Origin: Epithemia pelagica
Lineage: Eukaryota > Protista > Bacillariophyta
DNA: 64,000 bases
NCBI GenBank assembly: GCA_946965045.2
Contig: OX337233.1
Coordinates: 1,178,001-1,242,000, forward strand
Reading direction: 5' to 3'
Position numbers and translations under genes: made by a program. Below the pieces are notes generated by a model. The model saw only the letters and a list, made by a program, of their open reading frames with translations, did not search any database and had not been told where the DNA came from. Numbering within the stretch: position 1 is the first letter of the stretch; every line of letters begins with the position of its first letter. Of this stretch, positions 10,250 through 22,834 are shown piece after piece.

Positions 10250-10615
10250 CGAGTACGAGTATTCGTAGGACCTGGTAGGGAAATGAGAATGGTTGGGAAG
10301 TTTACAATGGCTCGTCGAGATTGTGATTGCGCCCAACGCCAGGTGATTTTTTGTCTTGATCCCCATTGGCGGTCGACGGCAAGGTGATTGGTCGTGATCC
10401 CATTTTTTGTCGGTAGGCGGCCAGGCGGCGGAAATGCCACCTGTCGTCCTCCACGTGTCACTGCTCACGGCTTCGACCATGATGAGGATGACAATCTGAA
10501 GATGGCATCACAAAATTCTCGTTCACTGGGCAACATCGTAACTGAAGACCAAAGACCAAGACGATAACATTCACAACTGGAACAAAACTTCTGACAACGT
10601 AACGCGCGCGCTACG

Positions 10616-12574
10616 ATGATATCACCTTCTTCTTCTTACTATCCACAACACCGACGACGACAGGGTTCGCTTCCATTTCGCCTTGGACCATTGATTCGCT
10701 CGCTTCCACTCAGCATGATATGGCTGGCTCCATTGGTCGCAAGTGTCTTCGTGTGGAGTGACAATGCCACGTTGTTTCCAAGTGTCTTGGCCAAGGAGAT
10801 TGAGGCCACTCACGAATGGCAATTGATTGGGGAAAATGATACCCTTCCAGCCGGGTTGCACATTCGAATGGATATGACAACGGGGCAAAAATGGGCCAAA
10901 TTGCCCGACGACATTAATGAGGACGAATACTACAACCAATCCACTCCAGTAAAGGACCATTCCCAACCACAACAACGACAAGTTTCCGTGTCCATGACGG
11001 GTGAAACAACCTCTTCTTCCATTGCCGTGCAGGTTGAGAACAGCAATCCACCTCTTTCCAGCTCTGACAAAAAAGAAGAGACTCTACCGATGGACAAACA
11101 AGAGGAGGACTCCACACTAACAACGACGGCAGATTCATACGATTACGAAATGATGCATCGAACCTTGCAACAATTGCCTCCCGAAGAACAAGCACGAATG
11201 GGTGGCATTCCTCCTCCTTTGCCTTCCTCGTCCTCCTCTTCACGTTCCAATGACAAAGAACGCGCGGCATGGGAAGCTCAATTGCGTACCATTTGGGAAC
11301 AACGACAAGTCGAATTGCAAAAATTGCAAGAATCGCAAGTGGCCGATTTGCCTCAAATTCTCAAGGATCGCATGGCCAGTATTCAACATTATTTGCAACA
11401 TCCTCAGATTCATTTTGAGACGCATCAGACTCGCTCGAATGGACCACCGACATCGGTCAATAGCAACGACAGTAAAGAGGAGGAGGACGACGACGAAGAA
11501 ACGGTCAATGGTCATGATATTGTGCAAGTCTTGGCTGATTTGGAATACTTGATGACGGACATTGACATGGCTCGAGATTTTTATACCATGGGTGGATGGC
11601 CCTTGTTGGTCTCCCTCCTGGGTCCCCAGGAAGAACTCATAGGAATGGCCGACCAAAATGACGGCAACAATGCTTGGCAATCCTTTGTTCATGACGTTCA
11701 ATCGCATGCGGCATGGGTGGTCGGAACGGCCGTTAAGAATACACCAGAATTTCATGCCTGGTCGATTGAACCCCTCGTTCCTACCTCCGGTTCTTCTAGT
11801 AGCCACAAGGCACTATCCGCTTTGGACTTGCTCCAGCAGGGTTTGCAAGTAGACGGATCGCCGGATGGGACGAGTGTCAGCCATGTCACGGTCCAACAAA
11901 AATTTGTCTACGCCCTTGGTGCCTGCTTGCGAGGTAATCCCTTGGCACAACGACAGTTTGCCAAACCAAAATTACCAGAGGAAGAAGGCTCGCATGGTTT
12001 TGCTGTCTTGGCACAGGCACTGCAAGATGAATGGCTTCCCTGTAGTAATTTGGTAGGCCCCTCCCACATCCACAACGACAACAAGAAGGAAACTCGACAT
12101 TGTACCAAAATGGCATTGCGCATTTTGTCTCTGGTCAGTGATGTTTTGGTGGAAGTGGAACAAGCAACACACTCCGAACAAACACAACAACAACGACAAC
12201 AAAAGGGAGGATATCCTCGAGTCCGTGTTGAAAATGACCCCACTGACGGTTCAAATGATGTTGCCTTGTTGTTGAAACCCGAGGAATGGACACGGATCCA
12301 ACAAGCCGTGTTGGACAATACACCCGTCTGGTGCAAGGCCCTCGATCAAATTTTGCAGCAGCAGCAGCAAGCCAACGGTGGGTCCAGCACTACAGTGGCC
12401 TTGCAGGTGTTGGCCGCTTTTGGAACGAAATGCACCAAAACGTCAGACTTTCTTTCACGTCTATGGACCGCGGCAAAGGAATCCGATTCTTCGTTGAGTT
12501 CCCGTAGTGGGATGGATGATCGCGAAGCCTTGCACCAATCTTTGGAAACGGCCCTTCACGACAAACTCATGTGA
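10616..12574 (+). CDS. SIL1: ER nucleotide-exchange factor SIL1 (SIL1/Fes1 ARM family)
   Basis: Hydrophobic leader, HEWQLIGENDTLPAGLHIRMDMTTGQKWAKL, LADLEYLMTDIDMARDFYTMGGW, AAWVVGTAVKN; C-terminus HDKLM. Confidence 0.85.
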   Translation: MISPSSSYYPQHRRRQGSLPFRLGPLIRSLPLSMIWLAPLVASVFVWSDNATLFPSVLAKEIEATHEWQLIGENDTLPAGLHIRMDMTTGQKWAKLPDDINEDEYYNQSTPVKDHSQPQQRQVSVSMTGETTSSSIAVQVENSNPPLSSSDKKEETLPMDKQEEDSTLTTTADSYDYEMMHRTLQQLPPEEQARMGGIPPPLPSSSSSSRSNDKERAAWEAQLRTIWEQRQVELQKLQESQVADLPQILKDRMASIQHYLQHPQIHFETHQTRSNGPPTSVNSNDSKEEEDDDEETVNGHDIVQVLADLEYLMTDIDMARDFYTMGGWPLLVSLLGPQEELIGMADQNDGNNAWQSFVHDVQSHAAWVVGTAVKNTPEFHAWSIEPLVPTSGSSSSHKALSALDLLQQGLQVDGSPDGTSVSHVTVQQKFVYALGACLRGNPLAQRQFAKPKLPEEEGSHGFAVLAQALQDEWLPCSNLVGPSHIHNDNKKETRHCTKMALRILSLVSDVLVEVEQATHSEQTQQQRQQKGGYPRVRVENDPTDGSNDVALLLKPEEWTRIQQAVLDNTPVWCKALDQILQQQQQANGGSSTTVALQVLAAFGTKCTKTSDFLSRLWTAAKESDSSLSSRSGMDDREALHQSLETALHDKLM

Positions 12575-12985
12575 ACACATGACTGGACAACTTTCACACG
12601 CCACCAAGTATCTGAACAAGTCATTCAATGGACACTCTTTCATTGGAAACGGAATCAAAAGGAGCAGGGATGTTTTCAATGATTCATCTATACGGAACAA
12701 TTATGACAAAGCACAGCCTTGTGCTCCCGCACGGACTTTGTGCTTATGGGTTGCATTCCCTTTATTCTGGACAAGAATAACCTACCTAGACATGAAAGCA
12801 CCCCATGTGAACGTGAACCTAGAAAGAACAATAGGAGTATTTTACTTTATGGTAGGATCATAGGGGAAGTATATCATTGGGCTCGTAGTTTGTGGCCTAC
12901 CTAGCCTATGGTACTAGGTACTAAGAGTCGTCTCTAGTCTGTACGTCGGTCGATCCCATTTGCGCTGAAGTCAGTTGTTGCCACG

Positions 12986-14026
12986 ATGGGAGACAGAGAC
13001 AGCACCTTGAACAGTCTAGAACGAGGAGCTGAGGAGTTGGGTATTGATCTTATCAATGTGAGGACAGAAACCGATGAGAGGGAATTGTTTGAGTACTGCG
13101 GACTATCGAATACTTTGGCTACCTGGGGAATACTCCGTGCAAGAATCCGCGAGCTGCAACAGCCGCTCATTCATCAGGTGAGTGCTCGAGTTTTGAATGC
13201 CTTGAATTCCCATGGAGCAAGGGGAAATGTCTACAAGCTATTGGAAAAGTATGGAGCTCGCTATTCTGAAGCAGAGTCGAAGCAAATCGTTTATGACGGC
13301 AACGATCTAGCCGTCAAGGTATACTTCAAAGATGAAAGAGCAGCAACTGAGTTTCAGACAGCGTTGAACAGCTGGGAAATCCACAGAGCTCTTGTGAATC
13401 TCGATGGAATAGAAATCAATCCTCGCGATCCTTTGCCTGTGCCCCAACCGCCTGATCTTACGCGGTTCATCCTGCAGGACTATGAACCTACAGACTCGGA
13501 GTCTCCCTACGACGGTCTTGATTATCTGGAATCATACCGTCTCAGTGCTCCGATCACCGAGGCTGTAGAGTTCAACGATCCGATTGCCATTTATCAGTCG
13601 CTCGATGTGTGTGTTGGTAGGAATAAACCGTACAAGTGTCACCTGAGAGACAAAGCCAGGTTCATGTCCTTTGCAAGAAATGAAAACAATGTTGTTGCAG
13701 CTTCGTGGTCTCTTCACCAAATGTTAGATGGTCTTAATCATACAGACAATATGTCTGTGGTGAAACTGTCTGTGATCTCTTCGTCTGATTGTTTCATTTC
13801 GAACCAGGACAATCGATACGCCATCGTGATCCAGCTTGAATTCTTCAACGCAGTGGATGCCGCTGCCTTCCAGCCGCGAGAGGGAGCTGCCAAAATTGAC
13901 AGCACGACATGGCAAACAACTGTGTATGTTAAGGACAAGGCAGAGTTTGCGGAATTTATCCGATGGAAGGGAGACGACACAGAGAAACAATGGACTTTAT
14001 ACCGACGCACGTTGGAGAATATTTAG
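12986..14026 (+). CDS. Intronless orphan, possible HNH (His-Me finger)-like nuclease with a small helical N-terminal header
   Basis: 346-aa ORF with CHL...NENNVVAASWSLHQMLDGL (H..N..H spacing) and no low-complexity tracts, unlike its neighbours. Confidence 0.55.
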   Translation: MGDRDSTLNSLERGAEELGIDLINVRTETDERELFEYCGLSNTLATWGILRARIRELQQPLIHQVSARVLNALNSHGARGNVYKLLEKYGARYSEAESKQIVYDGNDLAVKVYFKDERAATEFQTALNSWEIHRALVNLDGIEINPRDPLPVPQPPDLTRFILQDYEPTDSESPYDGLDYLESYRLSAPITEAVEFNDPIAIYQSLDVCVGRNKPYKCHLRDKARFMSFARNENNVVAASWSLHQMLDGLNHTDNMSVVKLSVISSSDCFISNQDNRYAIVIQLEFFNAVDAAAFQPREGAAKIDSTTWQTTVYVKDKAEFAEFIRWKGDDTEKQWTLYRRTLENI

Positions 14027-14598
14027 CCACAGTCGCTAGGAGGGTGTAATACAACATGCTCTTGATGTGTTTTACTGGCATTGCAGGGGATGAAATGCCA
14101 ATCGAAACCGAAACCCCACATGATTCTCTTGTCTCGTACACGATTCATGTCGGCCTTTGTCTACGAGCCAGCATATCTGGCCACACATCCCCAATGGCCA
14201 CACCCTTTTTCTCCGCAACTTTCCTGACTTCTGCCATTAAGCATGGTATGGTATGGTGAAATCTATTGCTTAAGAGACTAGGGCGGTTTCGGACTGTACA
14301 ACGAAGGTCACGGTCGTTTCGACGGGATCATAGGTCACAAGGAGCAAGGCGTCTTCGTGAGGAATCGTTATTGTCAAAGGTAAAGGTCAGAGGCAACATC
14401 CAAAAGATGGGGTGGCTATCTAGAACAAAACTAATGATCATCGTAGTACGGTGATTACAGGCTACTTGATGCATATGTCCAACGAACTTCATTGGCTTTC
14501 ATCATTGGCTTTCATTGGTCGTTGCGAGAAAGATTCAATCCGCCTCGTGATCGACCGTCCACAAGGCTCTACCGCCCAGTGTAGTTTGTTGCATTGTA

Positions 14599-17559
14599 TC
14601 AGTTCATGAGCAAAAAGGGAGCATCTAGATTTTGGCACGTGTACTCGGCTGCTTCCCATTGTTGGTCCGTAATACCCGGATTGCCTCGGCTGGGAAAGTA
14701 GTAGGACCGTGCCTGGATACCATACAAGGCCGTTCCTTGTCGTACACTGTTGTACGACATGGTTTCATTCAGTGGTGTTCCGTACCGACTTTCCAAGTAC
14801 GAGGTAAAGTCTGTCCGGTTCAAACACATGATTGTCAAGACCCGATCCTCTACTTCGTCCAGGACCAACTCCAATTCTGGGGAACCAATGACCAAGGAAC
14901 GGTCCGAGAGCCATGGAGCATTTTGAAAGAAATCGTTCACGGCACAATCCCAAAAGTCGGTCGAGTCGGCGTAATGATTTCGTAGTGCATCCAAAGCCAG
15001 GCCCCGATTGCGATTGATACTATTCGTCAAGGTGTTCAAGATGGAATCAAAGGAATCGTTGAGTGTTACCGAAGTGTCTTCAATGTAGGTGGATACGGTT
15101 TCCAGTTCGTTCACGAGAAAACTCAATTCATTCACTTGACTAGTCAGATTTTGTGTCTCGTTTTGCAAGGTTGCCACACTGTCTTGCAACTGGGTCCGAA
15201 TCGTTTCCAAGCTTGTCACTTGTTCCGTCAAATTCTGTACAGTATCGTCCAGGACTGCATTTTGGTCTTGTAGATTGTCCACCACAGTGGTGAGATTGGC
15301 CACACTGTCGGTGAGATAATTTTTGGTTTCATTCAACTCGTCTGTCAAGAGTCGATACTGGTCGACTTGGGTGGTCAGTTCTTGTCGAACTTGTTGCAAG
15401 TCCAGCACCGTGGTATTGAGCTGATCCACTTCGGCCATGAGATTTTGATTGGTGGCATTCAAGTCATTGTTTTGCTCCTCGAGTTCCTGTACCGTCTCAT
15501 TCAATTCGACATTTTGCGCCAGATATTGACTGTTTTCCTCGGTCAAGAGAGCCATTTGACGTTGCAAATCCAGCACTTGACCATCCAAGGAACGGATCCG
15601 GTCTTGCAATCCCGGGACAGTGATCAAATTGAGTTGATCCCGTTCTCCATCACAGGCCTCATAGGATTGAAACAAGGTGGAGAATCGGTCTTGCAAGGTG
15701 GCGTAATTGGTTTCACAGGTGATTTTGGAGGCATTCAATTCCTCGACCATGGTTTCCAGAGTTGTCTTGTCGAGGATACAATCATTGAAATTGGACTGAC
15801 ACGTGGCATTGTCTAGTTCCAAGGCAGCAATGGTGTCCCATGCCTCCGCCAAGGTATCTTGCAACATGGCCTTGTCTTGCAGTGTGTCGGTCAGATTGGT
15901 TTCTGTGGCTTGCAATTGGGCCGTGAGAGAGGGAAGCGCCACGTGTTGCCACTCATGTTTTTCCTTGGTCAAGTTTTGTGTCAAGGTTTGCAATTCCCCA
16001 TTGTACATAGACAATTGTTCCAGGGTCGTATTCAAGGAGTCAATGTCTTGCAACAAGTCCAATTGGACGAGGGTTAAATTGTCATGCGCCGATTCACAAT
16101 GGACATGACTCTGAATGCGATCTTGCAATTCGACTGTAAGGTTGGTCAACAAGCCTTGCAGTTCAAGTTCCGTCTCGTGAAATTCGGTTGTGACGTGTCC
16201 CACCGATACTTGCAATTGTTGCGTGACGGCTTGGCAGGCTTGACGTTGCGTTTCGAGCGTTTGGACCTGGTCCTGCAACGCTTGGAGTTGGTCTTGCAAT
16301 TCTTGTATGCGCGTTTGAGCCTCGTGGTGCCATTGAGATGAGTTGGTGTCCAAAAAACTCACTTGACTGTAACAATTGGAATTATCCTGGTCCAAACTGG
16401 AAACGCGATGAAAACTCCACAACGCCAGTGCTACCAGTGCACCCAACAGGAACGCACAAAGGACCACGATCCATCGTGGCATGGACTTGTTGTTGTTGGT
16501 TGCGGTACTTTTGTGGTGGGGGGAACGAGTTTGGGTGTGGGAGGTACTCGAAATGGCTTGTTCGGGACGTTGGACGTCTTGTTGCTGTGGTTCCTCATCA
16601 CGGAGCGATTCCGAAGAGACAAAGAAGGAGGAGGTGACAATTGGACTGCTGGCAGTGTGCGCTGGGTGGTGTCTCATGTGTTGTCGTGGCCGACTCCTAC
16701 TACTTTGTGATGGTGCAGAGGACCGTACCATTGGAGGAGTGGTAGTAGTAGTGGTGGGTGTTGGTTTGGATCGTTGGTGGGATGGAAATCGCCGTGGTTT
16801 GTGAGGATGCGAGGAGGACCAAGCCGGAGGTGGAGTCGTAGAAGACGAGAGTACTTGTTTTTGTTTGGGGGATGTATAATACCAGTAGGTATACCCTTGT
16901 GGTTGGGACGTGGTATTGCTGAGTGACTTGGAGGAAGGACTCGAGGAAGAAGAGGAGGTAGCAGCAGAAAGGGGAGTGGTGGAGGCTGTGGTGGCTGTGG
17001 ACGGTGTGGTGGTGGAAGGGACACGGCTCCTCGTTTTGGTGGTTGCGGGAGGCGACGACACCACATGACTGGAGGAAGTTGTGGCGGTGGCAGTCAGTGT
17101 GGTGGGTGGATGAGACCATTCTTCTTGCTCATCCTCATCCTCCTTCTTCTCTCCAGGAACACCAGGAAGACCATCTTCCTCATCAAAGGCTGGAGACGGC
17201 ATTAAAGTCAAGGCTTGTTCCACTTCATCCACTGCACTACAATCGTCGTCATTAATGTAGTAGCTCCTGTGGTAGTGGTCGTCGTTTGGTGGTTCCTGGG
17301 AACCAAGAGAGGCTGTTGTTGTTGTTGTTGTGCCAGGAGGATCACTGGAAACAACGGTCGGAAGGTCTTCCTCGTCGTCGTCTGGAACATGATGACTGTC
17401 CATACTACTCGTCGTGTCAAAGGTGAGTGGACTCAGTACGGTTTCCAAGTGACGTTCCTCCTCTTCCTGTTCCTCTGGTCGTCGAATGTTGTCTTCCAGA
17501 AGATCCATGCCGGTAGGAAGTTCCAGTCCCTGATGTGGGGGTAGGATGGGGGAAGACAT
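14599..17559 (-). CDS. Single-pass membrane protein with long coiled coil and C-terminal WDC/CL/WE-A-Y-C domain (paralog 1)
   Basis: 986-aa ORF with TM WIVVLCAFLLGALVALALW, heptad repeats and many N-x-S/T sequons. Confidence 0.85.
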   Translation of the reverse strand: MSSPILPPHQGLELPTGMDLLEDNIRRPEEQEEEERHLETVLSPLTFDTTSSMDSHHVPDDDEEDLPTVVSSDPPGTTTTTTASLGSQEPPNDDHYHRSYYINDDDCSAVDEVEQALTLMPSPAFDEEDGLPGVPGEKKEDEDEQEEWSHPPTTLTATATTSSSHVVSSPPATTKTRSRVPSTTTPSTATTASTTPLSAATSSSSSSPSSKSLSNTTSQPQGYTYWYYTSPKQKQVLSSSTTPPPAWSSSHPHKPRRFPSHQRSKPTPTTTTTTPPMVRSSAPSQSSRSRPRQHMRHHPAHTASSPIVTSSFFVSSESLRDEEPQQQDVQRPEQAISSTSHTQTRSPHHKSTATNNNKSMPRWIVVLCAFLLGALVALALWSFHRVSSLDQDNSNCYSQVSFLDTNSSQWHHEAQTRIQELQDQLQALQDQVQTLETQRQACQAVTQQLQVSVGHVTTEFHETELELQGLLTNLTVELQDRIQSHVHCESAHDNLTLVQLDLLQDIDSLNTTLEQLSMYNGELQTLTQNLTKEKHEWQHVALPSLTAQLQATETNLTDTLQDKAMLQDTLAEAWDTIAALELDNATCQSNFNDCILDKTTLETMVEELNASKITCETNYATLQDRFSTLFQSYEACDGERDQLNLITVPGLQDRIRSLDGQVLDLQRQMALLTEENSQYLAQNVELNETVQELEEQNNDLNATNQNLMAEVDQLNTTVLDLQQVRQELTTQVDQYRLLTDELNETKNYLTDSVANLTTVVDNLQDQNAVLDDTVQNLTEQVTSLETIRTQLQDSVATLQNETQNLTSQVNELSFLVNELETVSTYIEDTSVTLNDSFDSILNTLTNSINRNRGLALDALRNHYADSTDFWDCAVNDFFQNAPWLSDRSLVIGSPELELVLDEVEDRVLTIMCLNRTDFTSYLESRYGTPLNETMSYNSVRQGTALYGIQARSYYFPSRGNPGITDQQWEAAEYTCQNLDAPFLLMN

Positions 17560-18132
17560 ACGGAAATCAATGTGGCGCTGCTACTAGTAGGTCGAATTTG
17601 GATGATGATGAGAGTCGTGATGAGTTTGAGAATGCACTCTAGGAATGACAACGACCGAGACTTTTTTCTCTCTCTTCGGAAGGTCTTTGTTCATTCCCAA
17701 AACGAGAATAAGAGAGAAAGGAAAGTCAAATCGAGAGAGATGACGATGGATGCAGTGTGGGGGCAAGAATCTCTTGTCGCGCAACTCGCGGTTATCGCGC
17801 ACGCCCCCAAACCACAACGGAGAATGTGACACAAAAACTTTTCAAGTCTTGGATAACCGCGATGACACTAAAAACGCGACGGACCTAATTTTACAATAGC
17901 CCTAGAGCGCTGTCCAAGAACACGGACCACTGCCCAGCTGTACACTACAATTAAACGTTCACATAAGTGGGGCGAGAACGGATGGTTTGGGGGGAATGGG
18001 ACCGCGACCGCCTGGGAAGTGGCACAGCACTGGAACATCCATAAGGAACCGACCGTAACGAACCATGCTCGACAAAAGATCCAAAGATTCTCGACCAAGG
18101 ACTCACTTCTCTTCAAGGCAACCACAAACGAC

Positions 18133-21100
18133 ATGAAGAATGATACTCGACCAAGTATAACTACTACTACTCCAAATAATATATGGACGGAACTGGAACG
18201 TCATTGGACGTCCTGGCAAGGGGAACTGGCGGACGTGATTTGGGATGCCCGTACCGATACTGGTTTGGTTTGTGGCTTGGAACTGGTCGAATTGGTGCGT
18301 GGATTGGCCGCGTACGTCTGGCGTTGCCATCGTCCCGACTTTTGCGTCCTCGTCGTTGGTGGGAATCACGTTGTGGCGGAAACGGTAGCCGTCGTGGCCT
18401 GCCTGGCCTTGTCCATTCCTATAGTACCCATTCACATTGACAGCCGCACCGTAAATCATCCAGTATCGATTCTACGCCTCCAACGACTGGTCCAACAATT
18501 GCAACAAGCGTCCTTTACCAACAACCACCACCACCGCCACCACAACGACGACAAGAACCACCAGGACGAACCATCACCACCACACTCCAACAACAACAAC
18601 AACCAAACCGGTTCCCCGGCACAACCACCGGAAAACGAATATGAAGAAGATCATGCAGAGACTGTATCGTCTTTTGGAATTGCCATGGTCTTGGGTTGTA
18701 GCCAAGAGGAGGACGACGACAATGGACAGGACCAAAATGTCCAGGTCCAAGCCTTGCATCGTGCCGGTTTGCATTCCGTCGTGTACCTGACCAGCATGGG
18801 GCAAATCTTGCAACAATTGCGAGTTCCCTCCACTCTACCTCTTCCTCGTGAGGAGGAGGATGAGGATGATGAGGATTTGGAGGAGGCGCAAGACAACAAC
18901 AACCACACCACGGCACCTGGCAGTCGTCTTGTCTGGGCCACGGCCGTGGCTGCTCGTGCACCTGTGCGGCACGATCACTTGTATGTACTGACCACTTCGG
19001 GCAGTACATCCTCCTCCTCTCAGGATTCGATTCCAGTCTTCCTCAAGGCAGTGGTGGGTTCCCAATCAATCCACTTATCGTCGCCTCGAGTGGTTTCGTC
19101 AACAACATTTGCAACAACAACAACAACTCCAGCCAGCCCATGACAATGAATCAGTCTGGAAGGTGGCCCGCAAAACACCCCTCACCTTTGTCGATGGCAT
19201 GACGGAATTGTTGGGAACCTTGTTTTTGGGACCCCACCTAGCACAATTGGTCACCTGGACCACCCCCAGTCCCTACGAACAGGAAAACAACGACGACACG
19301 AAGGACGAAACGCAAGTTGCTGCTCCTCCTCCTTCTTCTATTTTGGATGTCTGTCACGTGATTCGAGACTGGAAACCGCACCAAATTACCCTCTTGCCCC
19401 ATCAATGGGCCCTGGTAGTGCAAACACTCGATACCGAAGAATGGTCTCGCTTGCCCTTGACGCGTGTCTTGGTGTCGGGTCAAGTCTTTTCCGAAGGCTT
19501 GTGGGACCAAACGCGACAGTCGGTACCACCCACGGTACAGGTGTGGAATTTGTATGGCCAAACGGAATCGACGGGCGATGTCTCGGCCGCCGTGAATGTG
19601 ACTGCCTTGCCACGGCACGAGGCGATTCAACAGGGCTGTGTCACCGTCGGACGTCCCCTCCTACCCGACCTGATTACCATTCAACCTCGTGCCACATCCA
19701 GGGACCAGTCGTCGTCCTCGTCCTCCTCCAACCACCATGCCATGCACGAACTGCTGATCCGAGGCAACTTGTCCAATGGGTACTTGACCGATTTTTTTAG
19801 TGTCCCAACCACCACAATTCCACAAACCAACTGGGGAATTCACAACCATAGCAATCCCAAGGAATCACAGTTTTTGGCCACGGGCGATGTGGGATTTAGT
19901 GTCGACGGTCTCTGGTACATTGCGGGACGATGCAACGAATTGGCCAATGTCCATGGGATCTTGACCAGTCCCCACGAAGTGGAAACCGCCTTTTTGTCCG
20001 TCTATTTGAACCCAACGACCAGGACAACAACAAATAAGAATGACACAACAACAACGACTCCTCCTCCTGTATGGACGTGTGTAGCAGTCCTGGTGGAACC
20101 CACGGCTCGTAGTAGTAATAGTAGCAGTCGTTCGGCCCAATCCTTTGTCATTACTACTGCCGCACACGTGGCGGAACCCCACTATGCTCGAAGTCATATG
20201 CGACAAGCCGGAATCCCCTGGAATTTGATTCCCCATCGGGTCTGGTATCGACCCACCATTCCCCTCTTGACGACAGGAGGAGGAGCCGCCAAGGTGGATC
20301 GGACGGCCGTACGACACATGGTACTGGAACTCGAACAACAAGAACAACAACGACGACAACAACGACACGAACAAAACCCACGCAACAAGGATTCCTTGGA
20401 GGAGGAGGATGCTGCGATCCAACACAATGACAAGAGAAGGAACACGAGATCGCCCCTTCTCCAACGACTCTTATCGTTGGTCGCCCGTGTATTGGGACAG
20501 GATGACGATGGTGACAATGGCAACAACACTACAACAACAACTCGTTTGGATCCCGACAAGTCCTTGGTCGATCTGGGTGGCGACAGTGCCATGGCCGTAC
20601 AACTCTTGTACTTGCTACGTCAATCGTCGTTGTCTTGCAAGAGGAACACCCAACCAACACAAGAAGACACACCAAAGAGAAACAACAGCAATGCCCTGGA
20701 GAAATTGACGGCGGCTGATATTCTGCAATCAACCAGTTTGCGGAAACTGGAGGAATACATTCTAGAACAACAAGAACAACAACAAGGCCTTCACAAGAGT
20801 TCACTCGAAACACAACAACAACAAGATGACGACGAGGAAAACAAAGAGCCAACGAGTCCAAGCAACAAAAAGCCCAAATTAGAACCAACACTTGCGGCTG
20901 CTGTGGAAGGACCGTCTTTTTCGGACACCATCAGGAACAAACCCAATTCAAACCCGATGGTCCATAATGCTTCCCAACGACATGTTGCTATTGAATTTGC
21001 GGCTTGTGTCGATGGATCACCCCTGGTGGTTGCATCGTCGTCGTCCTCCTCTTCGCCACACCCGCATGGTGGTCACAGATCCAAAGTACTCCCAGAGGCT

Positions 21101-22716
21101 CCACCATTCGCCACAATAGCAACCAGTATTTATGCAGCTTGTCAAGGAGGTGTGGTGCAACGCATTTGTCCCCTCACCTGGACGGTTTTGGCCTGTCGAC
21201 ACTACAAGGGATGCATGTTTCAAGCCAATCCCGTACTGTGGGAGGGTGGCATTGTTCTTTGTGCCAGAAAGAAAAAGCGCAAGAAGAAGAAGAACAAGAA
21301 TGAGGAGGATACGTACAAGGAAGAAAAGGACAATAGAGAGGGAACGGGCCAAATTATCTCCCTCTCGTTGGATATGCAAGAAGAGCAATGGTCGCTAAAC
21401 TTACCGTCGTCCGGCAACAATGACATGGACGACCGTGGTCTGGTGTCCACTCCCATTGTGCTCCCCAATGATACAGCTCAGTCGCTTTTGGTTGCACTGG
21501 GATCCAGTGAGGTTTACTTGGTGGACCTTCTCAATGGATCACTGTTACAAACCCTACCCTTGCATCACGACGATTACCTTGGAAGCCCTGTACGGATCCG
21601 GTCCCATCGATCCATGATTCAAAACACGAACAAGAAGCATAACACTCTGAATGCCACCGCCGAACGGGATGTGACTATTTTGTGTACAGGTCCATCTGCC
21701 TGTGCATGGATCCATGTATCCTACCATTCCAAAACACACACATCGAGTACTTCTTGTCTTGGTGGCCATGATGAGGAACAAGAAGATCAAATAGAGGGAC
21801 AACATAATAATCTCGAGTTGGCCTCCATGGTGGTTCATCAAGAAGTGCCGCATAGTCAACCAATAGAGGACAAGGATGACAACAACCACGCCTTTCATCA
21901 CCAGTGCCCCACTCCAATTGGACCCCTGTACAAAAATGCTGCCATGGCAAGGATTGGCTCATCCTCCATCACAACAGAGGATCGAAACGAATCGCAAGAA
22001 TCAGTCCTGGTTGTGGCCGACAGCTATGGATGGCTCCATGTAGTCCAAGACACTCTGACTGGTTCTACCATCCATCACCAAACGATACTTTGTAGCGTCC
22101 AAGTGGGTGCCGAATGTGACAATCACCCTTTATCGTGTCCCTTGTCTTCTCCATCTGTCATTGCCGTCCAAAACGAAACCTTTGTAGTGGTGGGATCCTA
22201 CAATTGTCACGTGTATTGTTACCAGTTGGTGGAGCATCAAGACTTGACCCCACAGAGCCAACGTCAGCCAGCACCATCGACAGATGCCTCCAGCAAGGTA
22301 CGTCTGGAGTTGAAGTGGACCTGCTATGTGGGAGCATGTGTCTATGCCAAACCATTGACCTACCTGGAATACGACAGCAACTCGAGCAGCCATGGTCCAA
22401 ACACCAAACATTCGACCGACGGCAGCGGTTGTGGAGTCTTTTTTGTCGCATGTGTTGTGACAACGGCTGGTCATGTGGTGCAACTCCATGGTCGAACCGG
22501 TCGTTCCTTGTCACCCCATAACAAGAAGAAGGGTCGGTACTTGTATCGATTGTCGTCTGCGGAAATATGGTCCGATCCCCAACTCGTAGTCGTTGCGTCG
22601 CCAGAGCAAACAACAGACCCGACTACGACTGCTGCTCCCAATCATCCAACAATGGACCCCTCGGCCAAGATGGCCGAGAACGAAACAAGGACTACCACTC
22701 CATCATCCAGCTTGGT

Positions 22717-22748
<32 letters not shown>

Positions 22749-22834
22749 AAAGACAAAACTGGAATAAATTTGCTGTATTTGGTGCCCGCGATTCCCGACT
22801 CCATGCTGTGAGGCTGTGGGCTCCCCCCTCTTAG
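18133..22834 (+). CDS. AASDH/ACSF4-like NRPS-type enzyme (adenylation-PCP-PQQ propeller), one apparent frameshift
   Basis: Motifs YVLTTSGST, NLYGQTE, ATGDVG, AKVDR, carrier-protein LGGDS, PQQ-type repeats (LSSP, VVGSYNCHVY, VFGARDSRLH). Removing one A at 19064/5 joins the two ORFs as GSHQSTYRRLEWF. Confidence 0.8.
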
